Positions 1-11,489 of a stretch of 64,000 nucleotides of DNA are shown here, piece after piece. Both the position numbers and the translations under genes were made by a program. The notes beneath the pieces are model-generated. The model did not search any database. It was not told the DNA's origin and saw only the letters and a list, made by a program, of their open reading frames with translations. The stretch comes from Octopus sinensis (Eukaryota), in assembly GCF_006345805.1 (NCBI RefSeq), contig NC_043015.1, positions 44,764,001 through 44,828,000 of the forward strand. Reading direction: 5' to 3'. Every line of letters starts with the position of its first letter. The first letter of the stretch is position 1.

Positions 1-13
1 TAGGTTACAATTA

Positions 14-249
14 AAAGGCGGCGAGCTGGTAGAAACGTTAGCACTCCGGGCGAAATGCTTAGCGGTATTTCGTCTGCCGTTAGGTTCTGAGTTCAAATTC
101 CGCTAAGGTCGACTTTGCCTTTCATCCTTTCGGGGTCGATAAATTAAGTACCATTTACACACTGGGGTCGATGTAATCGACTTAATCACTTTGTCTGTTC
201 TTGTTTGTTCTCTCTGTGTTTAGCCCCTTGTGGGTAGTAAAGAAATAGG
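14..249 (+). mobile_element. SINE family A, young subfamily A1 (tRNA-derived head, tail ending GTAGTAAAGAAATAG)
   Basis: Head GGCGGCGAGCTGG, B-box-like GTTCAAATTCC, central GGTCGACTTTGCCTTTCATCCTTTCGGGGTCGAT. Flanked by direct repeat TAGGTTACAATTA (1-13 and 246-258). More than 20 related copies in the window. Confidence 0.85.
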
Positions 250-278
250 TTACAATTATATGGTTCAAATGTTCAGAA

Positions 279-427
279 ATTGGTTTCAAATTTTGGCACA
301 AGGTCCGCAAGGCCGTGTGTGGGGTCTAGTCGATTACATCGACCCCCGTGCTCAACTGGTACTCATTTTATGGACCCCGAAAAGATGAAAGGCAAAGTCG
401 ACTTTGGTGGAAATTAAACTCAGATTC
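279..427 (-). mobile_element. SINE family A, older subfamily A2 (tail ...GGCCTTGTGCCAAAATTTGAAACCAAT), partial
   Basis: Reverse-complement match to the family A body with the A2 tail. Confidence 0.7.
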
Positions 428-677
428 ACACACTTATTGCAGCAGCCCTTCAGTTTTTCTAAGCCTTGTCAAAATACCCGGAAGGTTGGGCCTCCAACCA
501 GGCTTTTCGCAATGCCCTTAAAGCCAGGAACTTTTCAGTATCCTCTTAGGGGTCGTGTTGCAACAGCGCGCCCTGTTCAGTGGTGTTGGTGATGCATCAG
601 TTATATTGGTCTCAAATTTTGCGTAAAGGGCAGCAATTTTGTGTGATAAGATCCAGATCAGAGTCCTTAACATCATT

Positions 678-945
678 TATCTTTTACTTGTTCCAATCAT
701 TGGACTGCGGCCATGCTGGAACACCGCATCGAAGGGTTTAGTCGAGCAAATCGACTCCGGTATTTATATTTTAAGTTTGCTACTTACTCTATCGGTATCT
801 TTTAGCCGAACCGCTCAGTAACGAGGACATAAACAAACCAAAACCGGTTGTCAAGCAGTGTGAGGGCGAACACAAAGATACACACACTCACGCACGCACG
901 CACACACAAACACACGCACATATATGTATATATGTATTGTTTATC
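678..945 (-). mobile_element. SINE family B, 3' half
   Basis: Matches the reverse complement of the B tail (CAGCATGGCCGCAGTC...TGAAACAAGTAAAAGA) seen in full-length copies such as 23796-24202. Confidence 0.75.
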
Positions 946-1045
946 TGTCTATCTATCTAGCTATCTATCTATACACACAGACTCACGCACGCACACACAC
1001 ACTCACACACACACACACATATACATACATACATATAAAATAATT

Positions 1046-1810
1046 TCTATATATAAACGGCAGTTTGTCTGTCTGTGTGTCTGTGTGTCTGTTAGGTTGT
1101 ACCCTCACCCTGACCACGGCTTTCAACCGATTCTGATGAAACTTGACACACACGTAGCCCAATGTCATAATTCAAAACTAACGCAGCGAAAAATTCGACA
1201 TGGGTCGAGAATCTAAGCTTTTTATATGCAACACATTTTCTACAGACTGTCTAGGGGACGCAACTCGACCTTTTTAACTCTCGGAACACGTGGGGTAAGT
1301 ATCCCAAAATGTATAAAAATGTACAAAAACGGCAAAAAAGCGGACAGCAATGTGAGTGACAACAACGAAAAAGTCAAAAGTGACCAAAAAAGTCAAAAGT
1401 GACAAACGAATGGAAAAGGTTTTTTGATGCACACGACAAAAGCGGTTTATAATAAACCAAGAGTTTGCAATTAGCGTCCGAGGACCCTTAGGGTACGTCA
1501 AAAATTTAAGGTAAAACGTTTGGGGTGGTAGTTATAAAGAAAGTGTAAACAAAAAAAGTATTCGAATAACTTGCGGCTGCAGCAGCTATTAGCAGAAGTT
1601 GGGGGTAAAGTCTCGAATGTAATTTCTTCCTGATAGGAATTGGTTGGGTTGAATTATCGATAGCTGTTTGATAGTTATTTGGGAGTGAAGAGAAGACATT
1701 GCAACCTACACATGCGCCTTCGTTCCCTAGGGGGAAAGGACTAGATTTGGATTAGTCGTTGCCTACTCGGGGCTCTTACATACCCGGGCAACGCCGGGCT
1801 ATGCTGCTAG
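1046..1810 (+). mobile_element. Non-autonomous Helitron
   Basis: 5' TCTATATATAAA followed by a (GTCT/GT) tract. 3' GC-rich hairpin CCCGGGCAACGCCGGG (1783-1798), then CTAG (1807-1810) followed by T. These are canonical Helitron termini. Confidence 0.75.
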
Positions 1811-1837
1811 TAAAAAATAAATGCACCTTTTTAAAGC

Positions 1838-1855
1838 CTCGCATATATGTATGTA

Positions 1856-1914
<59 letters not shown>

Positions 1915-2155
1915 ATGTGTGTGTGTGTGTGTGTGTATGTTTGTGTGTCTTTGTTTGTCCCCCCAATATCGCTTGACAACCGATGGTGGTGTGTTTACGT
2001 CCCTGTAACTTTAGCGGTTCGGCAAAAGAAACTGATAGAATAAGTACTAGGCTTCCAAAGAATAAGTCCTGGGATCGATTTGCTAGACTAAGGTGGTGCT
2101 CCAGCATGGCCGCAGTCAAAATGACTGAAACAAGTAAAAGAGTACAAGAGTAAGA

Positions 2156-2157
<2 letters not shown>
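1838..2157 (+). mobile_element. SINE family B, 3' half with internal (TA)n(TG)n
   Basis: Near-consensus B tail from the microsatellite to AAAAGAGTACAAGAG. Confidence 0.8.
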
Positions 2158-2204
<47 letters not shown>

Positions 2205-2391
2205 TAAAATTATATGTAAATGATCCAAGCATCCAGGTGTAGAAAGTTAGTAATCTTGGAGCAGTCCTTAGAAGGTATAAGAAGCAACTATCAGGAACAA
2301 TAGTGGTTTGTTGATGTAGAAGGTTGTAAAGTTTTCTCATATCGAAGTTCGATTAGCTGAAAAAAGTTATCTTATTGTTCATGGATTTCAA

Positions 2392-2657
2392 ATCCAAATT
2401 TAGAGAAAGGAGAAGGTAAAATGCAGGCTGCATATGTTTCCTAGCTAGCAGAACCTCAGAAGTAGTAATTACTCAACAACAGGTACTCTGCTAGCTATTC
2501 ATCAGGCCGAGTATACCTTAGTTAAATGAAGGTTATATTGTAGCCAAGGTATCCCCAGTTAACTAAGGATTAGTAGCTAGTGAAGTATCCCATGGTTGTG
2601 CTAGCTAGGAAACATATGTAGCCTGGATTTTACCTGCTCCATACCCTAAATTTGGAT
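2392..2657. mobile_element. Foldback/MITE-like element with ~64-bp inverted arms
   Basis: 2409-2455 matches the reverse complement of 2594-2640 with 4 mismatches in 47 bp, extending outward to ATCCAAATTTAG / CTAAATTTGGAT. No clear TSD. Confidence 0.55.
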
Positions 2658-2673
2658 ATATGTACGTGCGTGC

Positions 2674-2704
<31 letters not shown>

Positions 2705-2729
2705 TGCTTGTGTGTGTGTGAATATACGA

Positions 2730-3270
2730 TGATCTTCCACAGTTTCCGTCTACCAAATTCACTTACAGCACGACGGTCGGCCCGCGAATATAGTAGAAGA
2801 CACTTGCTCTAGGAGCCGTGCAGTGACACTGAACTCGAAAGTATCCTTTGTGTGAAAAGTCTGGCTGCATACACGTTAGCATATGTCAGGTGCATACAAT
2901 TGACAACACACTTAATTAAGATTTATTCAGTGAGTTCTATTCAACACATGTTTACACGTGGAATCCATAAGATGAAGGCATTTTCAAAGTTTTGGCCGAT
3001 AAAGTTGAACTGAAAAACCCTACAAGGAGGCATGAATTGCACGAAGCCGTCTTGCAGTCTTGGGAAGAGCTATCTGAGCGGAAAATTCGTGGATGTATTC
3101 AACATTAAACTCGTGTTCCGAGTCAAATAGTTGACTGTTGTGGTGGTAACAGATTCGTGTAATAAATTTTGTGTTTGTTTTTGTTTCATAATATATATTT
3201 TTTCGGATGCAGCCAGACTTTTATGGTTGTAAAGCAAGCTTCTTAACCACATAGTCATGCCTGTGCCTAC
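2730..3270 (-). mobile_element. SINE family B 5' half, interrupted by a Tc1-derived insert
   Basis: B sequence runs to ...GAACTCGAAA (2840) and resumes at ATGGTTGTAAAGCAAGC...CCTGTGCCT (3223-3270). Confidence 0.65.
2855..3222 (+). mobile_element. Internally deleted Tc1-like DNA transposon
   Basis: 18-bp inverted repeat AAAAGTCTGGCTGCAT(A/C)C. Internal frame reads FQSLADKVELKNPTRRHELHEAVLQSWEELSERKIRGCIQH*TRVPSQIVDCCGG, resembling a Tc1 transposase C-terminus. Confidence 0.6.
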
Positions 3271-3334
3271 GAAGAACAATAAAGACCTCGTGGTTAAAAG
3301 TGAATCGCTTACAAAGCAGATCTACTAAACAACA

Positions 3335-3600
3335 ATCAAAACTGGAGAATCTAACATATGCAGAAAAGTTGAAAAGCTCAAACTATCAAGCTTGACATAC
3401 GGACGAGTAGGAACGGATATGCTGGAAATATATATACAACGCAGTTAATGGACACCGTGAAGGGGATTCGTGTAAAATGAATTATATAAGAAGTAGAAAC
3501 ATGGAGAAAGGGACATTAAGTTTAAGAACAGTAAAAATTTGGAATAGTTTTATAGAAGGGAGTGACAGTAGTTGAAAACATTAATAAATTTAGAAGAAAA
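3335..3600 (+). mobile_element. Decayed CR1/L2-like LINE 3' end
   Basis: Frameshifted translation resembles the CR1 RT C-terminus (L..LTY.E.L..L.L.SL..RR.R.DM.E.Y; V.IWNS). Confidence 0.4.
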
Positions 3601-3928
3601 ATGTGTTAAGAGAAATAACTCAGAATGGCTAGTGGTATGTATGTGAAGGACGTAGACAATGCAGGTATATCAAATGCCATAGAACATAAATTCTGATTTA
3701 TTAACACCATTTCCCTCTCTAGGTGACGCATTGTAATTACCAATTGGCAAATGAGAAGGGGAGATAATCGCAAGATTCAAGTATCTTCTCGAGTTGACGT
3801 TAAGGAAAAGGACGAACTTATAGTCTGAATATAAGACGACGATTGTGGACATGTGAAACTGCCTCAACAACATCATCAACACGACAATTGTCTTACCTTA
3901 TATCCTGTATCCAAGGAACTTCGACACA

Positions 3929-4318
3929 GGCGCATGAGTGGCTATAGATACAGGAGTAGCTATGTAGTAAGAAGCTTGCTTCCTAACCACATGGCACCTT
4001 AGGCAAATGTCTTCTGCTATAGCCTCGGGCCGACCAAAGCCTTATGAGTGGATTTGGTAGACGGAAACTGAAAGAAGCCCGTCATATATATATGTATGTA
4101 TATCTATGTGTGTGTCTATGTTTGTCCCCCATCACCACTTGACAGCCGGTGTGGGTGTGTTTACGTCCCAGTAACATTAGCCGTTCGGTAAAAGAGACCG
4201 ATAGAATAAGTATCAGTCTTAAAAAATAAGTATTGGAGTCGATTCATTCGACTAAAAATTCAACGCGGTGCTCCAGCATGGCTACAGTCTAATGACTGAA
4301 ACAGGTAAAAGATAAGAG
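3929..4318 (+). mobile_element. SINE family B, diverged full-length copy
   Basis: Head GGCGCATGAGTGGCT, GGCACCTTAGGCAAATG, internal microsatellite and B tail. Confidence 0.75.
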
Positions 4319-4758
4319 ATATATAAAAAAAGAGTAGGACACATTTATGGTGTAGGCAACTTGGATAATTTAAACGAAACAAAACAATGAGCTAAAAGAA
4401 ATAACCCAGGGTCGAGTTCATGTGTTGGAACAACGTAGACAAATACAGGTATATCAAATATCATACAACATAAATTCTTGATTTATCAAAATTATCTCCA
4501 CCTCTAAGGGATGTGTCACGGGTGCTGTTAGAAATAAAATATGTAGGGGATTCATGCAAAATGAATTATACCCAAAGGTGTCAGGGGACCGGTATTGATC
4601 ATCCGTGCGGCTAGACTGGAACATAACAATAACTAATCTAAAATGGAAATGGCAGGAATTTATCTCCCTGCTTGCAATATAAACAAAAGTGTATTTTGCA
4701 ACAAAAGCCAATATGAGAGTTTCCCTCATGATATCTACCACAGTATAGATTGTTCTTG

Positions 4759-5330
4759 TGAAGGCGCTTGGCTCAGTGGTTAGAACGTCGAGCTGGCAGA
4801 AACGTTAGCACACCGGGCGAAATGCTTAGCGGTATTTCGTCTGCCGTTACGTTCTGAGTTCAAATTTCGCCGAGGTCGACTTTGCCTTTCATCCTTTCGG
4901 GGTTGATTAAATAAGTACCAGTTACGCACTGGGGTCGGTGTAATCGACTTAATCCGTTTGTCTGTCCTTGTTTGTTCCTTCTGTGTTTAGCCCCTTGTAG
5001 GTAGTAAAGAAATAGGTTAGAGCGTCGAGCTTACGATCGTGAGGTTGTGAGTTCGATTCCGGACCGTGTTGCGTTCTTGAGCAAGACACTTTATTTCACG
5101 TTGCTCCAGTTAACTCAGCTGTAGAAATGAGTTGCGACATTTCTAGTGCCAAGCTGTATCGGCCTTTGCCTTTCCCTTGGATAACATCAGTGGTATGGAG
5201 AGGGGAGGCTGGTATACATGGGCAACTGCTGGCCTTCCATAAACAACCTTGCCCGGACTTGTTCTTGGGAGGGTAACTTTCTAGGTGCAATCCCATGGTC
5301 CTTCATGACCGAAGGGGGTCTCCTCCTCCT
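4759..5330 (+). mobile_element. SINE family G (tRNA-like head GAAGGCGCTTGGCTCAGTGGTTAGAGCG) split by an A1 insertion
   Basis: A-box TGGCTCAGTGG and B-box GAGTTCGATTCC. The same head occurs at 25148-25277 and the same tail at 37240-37440. Confidence 0.8.
4795..5014 (+). mobile_element. SINE A1 nested in family G head
   Basis: 17-bp duplication GGTTAGA(A/G)CGTCGAGCT at 4778-4794 and 5015-5031. Confidence 0.85.
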
Positions 5331-5439
5331 CATAGATTGTTCTAATAGAACATCTATTCTTAAGTGAGGAGAAATATTATCAAAACTAAAATAGAGTTTT
5401 GTGAAGACTATTTGTTTAGAGCGTGACATTATCCAGTAA

Positions 5440-6165
5440 GTACTATCACCTCGACGAGCTCATAGCACGGCACGATTGCCGTTTTCGGCTGCATTTTCCA
5501 CAACATGTTCCACGATAGTTTTCTTTCATCCACTGCCTCTCACGCTGTCCACTCATGTGCATTGGATTCCTAACACTATTGCTTTAGTTGCATACTCCAC
5601 CTTTTCAGAACGACAAATTTCTTTAGTCATACATCTCGTCTGCTTTGTTACCCATTTATCCCGTGTCGGTCTCATTCCAACCTGTGTGTTCTACACCGCG
5701 CCTATTATTTCTTTCATTTTCAGAATGATTTCTGTCACCTCAGCAGCTTTCTCCAAGCCCCATGTCTTTCTTGTTAGCACTAATGATAGGAGCACATGAG
5801 CAAAGGTATTCGCTGAATCTCGTAACGTCTTGTGACAGCAGCCTTTTGCTACTTCAAACGCATTCACGATCGATATTAAAGTTTTGCACTAGCTCTACGT
5901 TACCCTACTTCTTTAAAGGATAATGGGATCCAAGCCACTCTCAAAAGAGCTTGGTTCATTCGCCCTACCCTTGGAGTGACCATAATAGTCTCATTAAAAG
6001 GATTGTGTTCATAACACCACATCATCGACTTCTCTGCAAAACCGGAATTGTCAACGACAGTTAGTCCCTGTCCAAATTTTATTTCATCCTTCGAAAATTA
6101 CACGTTAGTGTTCATTATGGAACTGACCAAGGGACGTTCGTTCCCTGGTGACAGCCATCATTCTC
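5440..6165 (-). mobile_element. Highly decayed RTE-like LINE reverse transcriptase fragment
   Basis: Minus-strand remnants GCHQG (GVRQG-like), DDVVL (FADD motif) and RDKWVTKQT, with many stops and frameshifts. Confidence 0.4.
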
Positions 6166-6222
6166 ATGATAGCACAAAGAAAGATTTGTATTTATTTTTA
6201 GCTTTATGTCAAGAAAAAAAAA

Positions 6223-6622
6223 GCTGTGTGGTAAGTAGCTTGTCTACCAACCACATTGTTCCGGGTTCAGTCCCCCCACTACGTGGGACCTTGAGCAAGT
6301 GTCTTCTACTATAGCCTCGGGCCGACCAAAGCCTTGTGAGTGGATTTGGTTGACGGAAACTGAAAGAAGCCCGTCGTATATATGTATATATATATATGTA
6401 TATGCGTGTGTGTGTTTGTGTGTCTGTGTTTGTCCCCTAGCATTGCTTGACAACCGATGCTGGTGTGTTTATGTCCCCGTAACTTAGCGGTTTGGCAAAA
6501 GAGACCGATAGAATAAGTACTGGGCTTACAAAAGAATAAGTCCCGGGGTCGAGTTGCTCGATTAAAAGCGGTGCTCCAGCATGGCCGCAGTCAAATGACT
6601 GAAACAAGTAAAAGAAAAGAAA
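6223..6622 (+). mobile_element. SINE family B, near full length
   Basis: Head GCTGTGTGGTAAGTAGCTTG, GGGTTCAGTCCC, CCTTGAGCAAGTG, internal microsatellite and tail. Confidence 0.85.
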
Positions 6623-6729
6623 AAGAATAAACACCAGCAAATAGACTTATAAAGCCGTGTTTCAATATAGCGTATCGAGGAGGCATTAAGGAATCCGTGG
6701 TGAATGCAATTATTTTTAAGGTATTGACA

Positions 6730-6905
6730 CAGTGTTCAGTTCTCGTGGTTCCGAGTTCAAATCTAACTTGGGGTTTAACTTAGCCTTTCGCTCTTTGGGA
6801 TCGATAAAATAACAGCTATTAATACGCTGGGATTGAATCGATCAATGCATATATCTCTCCCTTACAGAAAAAAATACATATCAACCTTGTGCCCTGTCAA
6901 AAGTA
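6730..6905 (+). mobile_element. Old SINE A2 copy
   Basis: Diverged GAGTTCAAATCT...TTAGCCTTTCGCTCTTTGGGATCGATAAAATAA. Confidence 0.5.
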
Positions 6906-6959
6906 ATCAATAGCTACATATGTTGATATGCTGATATGGGATAGTGGAGGGGGGGATAT

Positions 6960-7179
6960 ACGGACGAGAGAGAAATAATCCGGGAGTAGATAGATAGAGA
7001 GAGAGAAGGGAGAGAGAGGGAGAGAGAGGCGAAGGAAGGAAGACGAAGTGAATTAGAATGTATGAGAGAAAGAACGTGATAATGAGGTAGTGAGAGAGAG
7101 AGACGAAAAGATGGCAAGAGAACGAGAGAGAAAGAGTGAGCATGGAGAAAGGGTATAAGAACCAGCAGAAGAGATAGAC

Positions 7180-7239
<60 letters not shown>

Positions 7240-7248
7240 GGATAGATG

Positions 7249-7286
<38 letters not shown>

Positions 7287-7311
7287 AAGACTAATAGGCA
7301 GACAGATAGAC

Positions 7312-7365
<54 letters not shown>

Positions 7366-7590
7366 CGGAGGGTGTGAGAGAGAGAATGTGTGTGTATGTG
7401 CGTGTGTGCATCTATGTTTGCGTGTGTGCATGTGTGTGTATGTGTATGTGCACGTATATGTGTGTGTAAGAGAGAGGTGGAAGACAAGGAGAGAAAGAGA
7501 GGAAGACTGAGAGAGAGAGAGAGAAAATGAAGAGTGAAGACAACAGGAGAACGAGAAGAAAACAGAGAAGACAAGGAGAGGAGAAAAGAC
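6960..7590. repeat. Compound (GA)n/(GATA)n/(GT)n microsatellite region
   Basis: Visible tandem tracts; (GATA)n at ~7178-7365. Confidence 0.9.
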
Positions 7591-7829
7591 AGAAGAGAAA
7601 AGCTCGATTGTGAGAAGCGTGAGATGTGGAGGTTTTATACTACGACAGACATATATATCCGGGAGAGTTTGTGACGTCAATGAGAGAACCGCCCAATAAC
7701 GACGCCTAGATTCGCCAGATAAAAAAAGCAGCTGGGCGGGCAGCAAACAAGATATGTGTTGTTTGCACGAGACTCAATCGATTTGTAAAAGCACCAGCGT
7801 GAATAGTGTAAGTTATGGATTCTGCATCA

Positions 7830-7976
7830 ACACGTTGATGATGACGACGACGACCACGACGACCACGACGACGATGACGATGGTGATGATGACGATGATG
7901 GTGATGATGATGATGCTGCTGCTGATGATGATGCTGCTGGTGATGATGCTGATGGTGATGCTGATGATGATGATGG

Positions 7977-8016
<40 letters not shown>

Positions 8017-8095
8017 GATTCTGATGATGCTGATGATGCTGATGCTGATGACGGTAATGATGATGATGCTGATGTGCTGCTGCTGATGGTGCTGC

Positions 8096-8136
<41 letters not shown>

Positions 8137-8486
8137 CTGACGATGATGATGATGACGATGATGATGCTGCTGCTGCTAATGATGATGATGATGATGATGA
8201 TGACGATGATGATGTTGATTTGGTATTGTCGATGGCAATGATAATGATGATGCACATGACCATAATTTGTCGTCGTCGTCGTCGTCGTCATTATCATAAT
8301 TATCATGATCACCATCGTCATCACTGCTGTTGTTGTTGCTTGTGTCACTGTCGCTCTTGCGGTCATCGCCGTCATCGTCATGGTAGCCTTTGTCGTGGTC
8401 GTCGTCGTCATCGTCGTCACTGGCTCTATAGCAACGCTGACCGAGGCATTAGTGTAAACAGCAGCAACTGTGGCACAGACAGCAAT

Positions 8487-8523
<37 letters not shown>

Positions 8524-8657
8524 ATAGCAGCAACAACAACAGCAATAGTAGCAACAGCAGCAGCAATAACAGCAGCAACAGCAGCAACAGCAACAACAAC
8601 AACAGCAACAGTAGCAAGCAACAACAAAAACAACAACAGCATCAGCAGCAATAACAG

Positions 8658-8698
<41 letters not shown>

Positions 8699-8949
8699 GG
8701 AACACCAGCAGCAACAGCAACAACAACAGCAACAACAGTAAAAACAACAGCAACAAGAGCAACAGCAGCAACAAAAACAGTAGCAACAACAGCAGCAACA
8801 ACAACAGCAACAACAATAGCAGCAACAACAACAGCAATAGTAGCAACAGCAGCAGCAATAACAGCAGCAACAGCAGCAACAGCAACAACAACAACAGCAA
8901 CAGTAGCAAGCAACAACAAAAACAACAACAGCATCAGCAGCAATAACAG

Positions 8950-8990
<41 letters not shown>

Positions 8991-9400
8991 GCAACACCAG
9001 CAGCAACAGCAACAACAACAGCAACAACAGTAAAAACAACAGCAACAAGAGCAACAGCAGCAACAAAAACAGTAGCAACAACAGCAGCAGCAGCATCAGG
9101 AGCAACGTTTGCAGCAAAATTTATAATTACAGCAGCAGCAGCAGCAAAGACCAAAGCAACAACAACAACAACAACAAACAACATCAGTAATAACAACAAC
9201 AGCAACATCGGCAGCAAAAAAGAGCAGAAATGCAGCGACAGAACCAAACAGCTGCATGCACATCAGCTGCACCAACAGAGCAACAGACGTTGCAACGTGT
9301 GCAAGGACGTCTGCAGCGCTGATAACAATAACCACCAGCAGCAAAAATTAATCGCGGACACAGCAGCAACAGTAACAGCAACAACGACAGTGTGCAACCG
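7830..9400. repeat. ~1.6-kb compound trinucleotide tract (GAT/GAC/GCT, then GTC/CAT, then CAA/CAG) with an internal 292-bp duplication
   Basis: Direct reading. Diagnostic interruptions recur at a 292-bp offset (8611/8903, 8738/9030, 8779/9071). Confidence 0.9.
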
Positions 9401-9544
9401 GATGCATCATGGTGCAGCGGTGTGCAAAAGCATTCAGCAGGGTGTAGTAGGGTGCAGCAGGGTGCAACAGTTGCGAATACGACAATCACCAAAAAAAAAC
9501 CCATCTAAAACAGCAACAACAAGAATATCGACAATCCTTTCTGC

Positions 9545-9990
9545 CAAATGCACAAGGCCTGTAATTTTGGGGGAGAGGATAAGTCGGTTACATCGACCCC
9601 AGTGCGTAAACTGGTACGAAAACACCTAAAGGCGGCGAGCTGGCAGAAGCATTAGCACGCCGGGCGAAATGCTTTGCGGTATTTCGTCTGCCGTTACGTT
9701 GTGAGTTCAAATTCCGCCGAGGTCGACTTTGCCTTTCATCCTTTCGGGGTCGATAAATTAAGTACCAGTTACGCACTGGGGTCGATGTAATCGACTTATT
9801 ACCTATGTCTGTCCTTGTTTGCCCCCTCTATGTTTAGCCCCTCGTGGGTAATAAAGAAATAGGTACTTATGTTATCGACCCTATTAGGAAGAAAAGTAAA
9901 GTCGACCACAGTGGAATTTGAACTCAGGACGTAAAGACGGACGAAATGTCGCTAAGCATTTCGTCCGGCGTGCTAGTGATTCTGCCAGCT
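9545..9990 (-). mobile_element. SINE family A (minus) interrupted by an oppositely oriented A1
   Basis: Host reads ...GCGTAAACTGGTAC | insert | GGTACTTATGTTATCGACCC. Confidence 0.75.
9628..9862 (+). mobile_element. SINE A1, full length
   Basis: Near-consensus head to tail AAAGAAATAG. Confidence 0.85.
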
Positions 9991-10044
9991 CGCCTCCTTC
10001 AAGAATAACAACAATAAAAACAACAACAGCAGCAACAATTCTTT

Positions 10045-10250
10045 CGACTATAGACAACAGGCTTGAAATTTGGTGGGAGGAGTGTAATGAAATTAAGCGC
10101 CAGGGCTTCAATTGGTTCTTATTTTATCACCCCTGAAAGGGCGAAAAACTAAGTCGGCCTCTGCGGCATTTGAACTCGCAACGTAAAGAACCGGAAGAAT
10201 ATACCGCTTAGTATTTTGTCCAGTGTGATAAAGATTCTGCTAGTTTGTTG
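10045..10250 (-). mobile_element. Old SINE A2 copy
   Basis: Reverse-complement similarity to the A body. Confidence 0.6.
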
Positions 10251-10313
10251 CTTTAACAACGATGACGATGACGATAGAACTATCAACCAGTTTAATCACA
10301 GTAGTAGCAACAG

Positions 10314-10668
10314 GGGACGCAATGGCCCAGTGGTTAGGGCAGTGGACTCGCGGTTTCGATTTCCCGACCGGGCGTTGTGTGTGTTTATTGAGCGAAAACA
10401 CCTAAAGCTCCACGAGGCTCCGGTAGGAGGAGGTGGCGACCCCTGTTGCACTCTTTCGCTCCAACTTTCTCTCACTCTTTCTTGTCCCCGACTTCCTATG
10501 CAACCGCTGAGCCTGGATGCACATTCATCCATCCGTCGATGCTCTCGGTGTCGGGGGTTGACCTGCTTTCGCTTCTGCGGGTCTTACGAATAGCAAAGGA
10601 CCACGTTTCGGACTTCTCCCACTACAGAGGCGCGATCTTGCGAGCTCTGGGACGAAGACCGCTTCACT
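10314..10668 (+). mobile_element. SINE family C (tRNA-Arg-like head), tail type X
   Basis: GGGACGCAATGGCCCAGTGGTTAGGGCAGTGGACTCGCGG head shared with 18881-19199, 29850-30156, 37240-37738 and 45160-45470. Confidence 0.8.
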
Positions 10669-11072
10669 CAACAGCAACAATAGCAACAGCAGCATCAACA
10701 AATGCATTGCATCATGTTCTAACGACGTTAGCAACAGTAATATAAATGTGTTCCCTAATGAGTATTAGGGACCTAGGATACGTTAGGGTCCGAGGAGTAG
10801 AGATTGGTTGATGATAGTGGTGGTGGTGGTGGTGGGGCTAGACACTAGAAGCCAACCCATTCAGCGAGCTAAAAAAGGAACGCCATACCCTTGGTTCCCT
10901 TTTCGCCTATTTCTGTCACATGATTAGCAACAAAAATAACTGGAGTTGCAGCAATAACCATAACACTCGCAGCTGTAGCAACAATTACAATAAATGCAGA
11001 AAAAAGCAGAACATGAATGCAACAATAACGTTAACAACATCGAAAATTAACAGTGAAAATAATATTAGCAAC

Positions 11073-11073
11073 G

Positions 11074-11160
<87 letters not shown>

Positions 11161-11368
11161 ACAGCAACATTGACAACAACAAATACAATAAGAAGCAACA
11201 TTCGCACCAGCTAAGTCAATAGCAACAAAGATGCAAGCTCCTCCCCCCACCCCCACCCCAGCGACAGCAACAGCACCGTAAACAACAACAGTAGCAACAA
11301 AAATAGGTGTTAGCAACAGCAATTACAATAATAGCAAACATAACTGCAGTTGCGAAGACAACAGCAGC

Positions 11369-11415
<47 letters not shown>

Positions 11416-11446
11416 TAGTATAGTAGTAGTAGTAGTAGTAGTAGTA
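11073..11446. repeat. (TAC)n(TGC)n ... (GCA)n(GTA)n inverted compound microsatellite
   Basis: Arms at 11073-11160 and ~11363-11446. Confidence 0.8.
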
Positions 11447-11489
11447 AGTACAGCAGCAAAAAAGAGCAGACCCGATAGCAACAACAACA

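Noticed and set aside
404-592. 62-aa ORF
   Set aside because: It starts inside a SINE remnant, with no recognisable domain or splice support.
6914-9629. Many long ORFs (up to 360 aa) with poly-Q/H/S/L/C runs
   Set aside because: They are translations of trinucleotide and tetranucleotide tracts, open in several frames on both strands, with no non-repetitive domain. The same applies to the YVCM/HTYI-type ORFs elsewhere.
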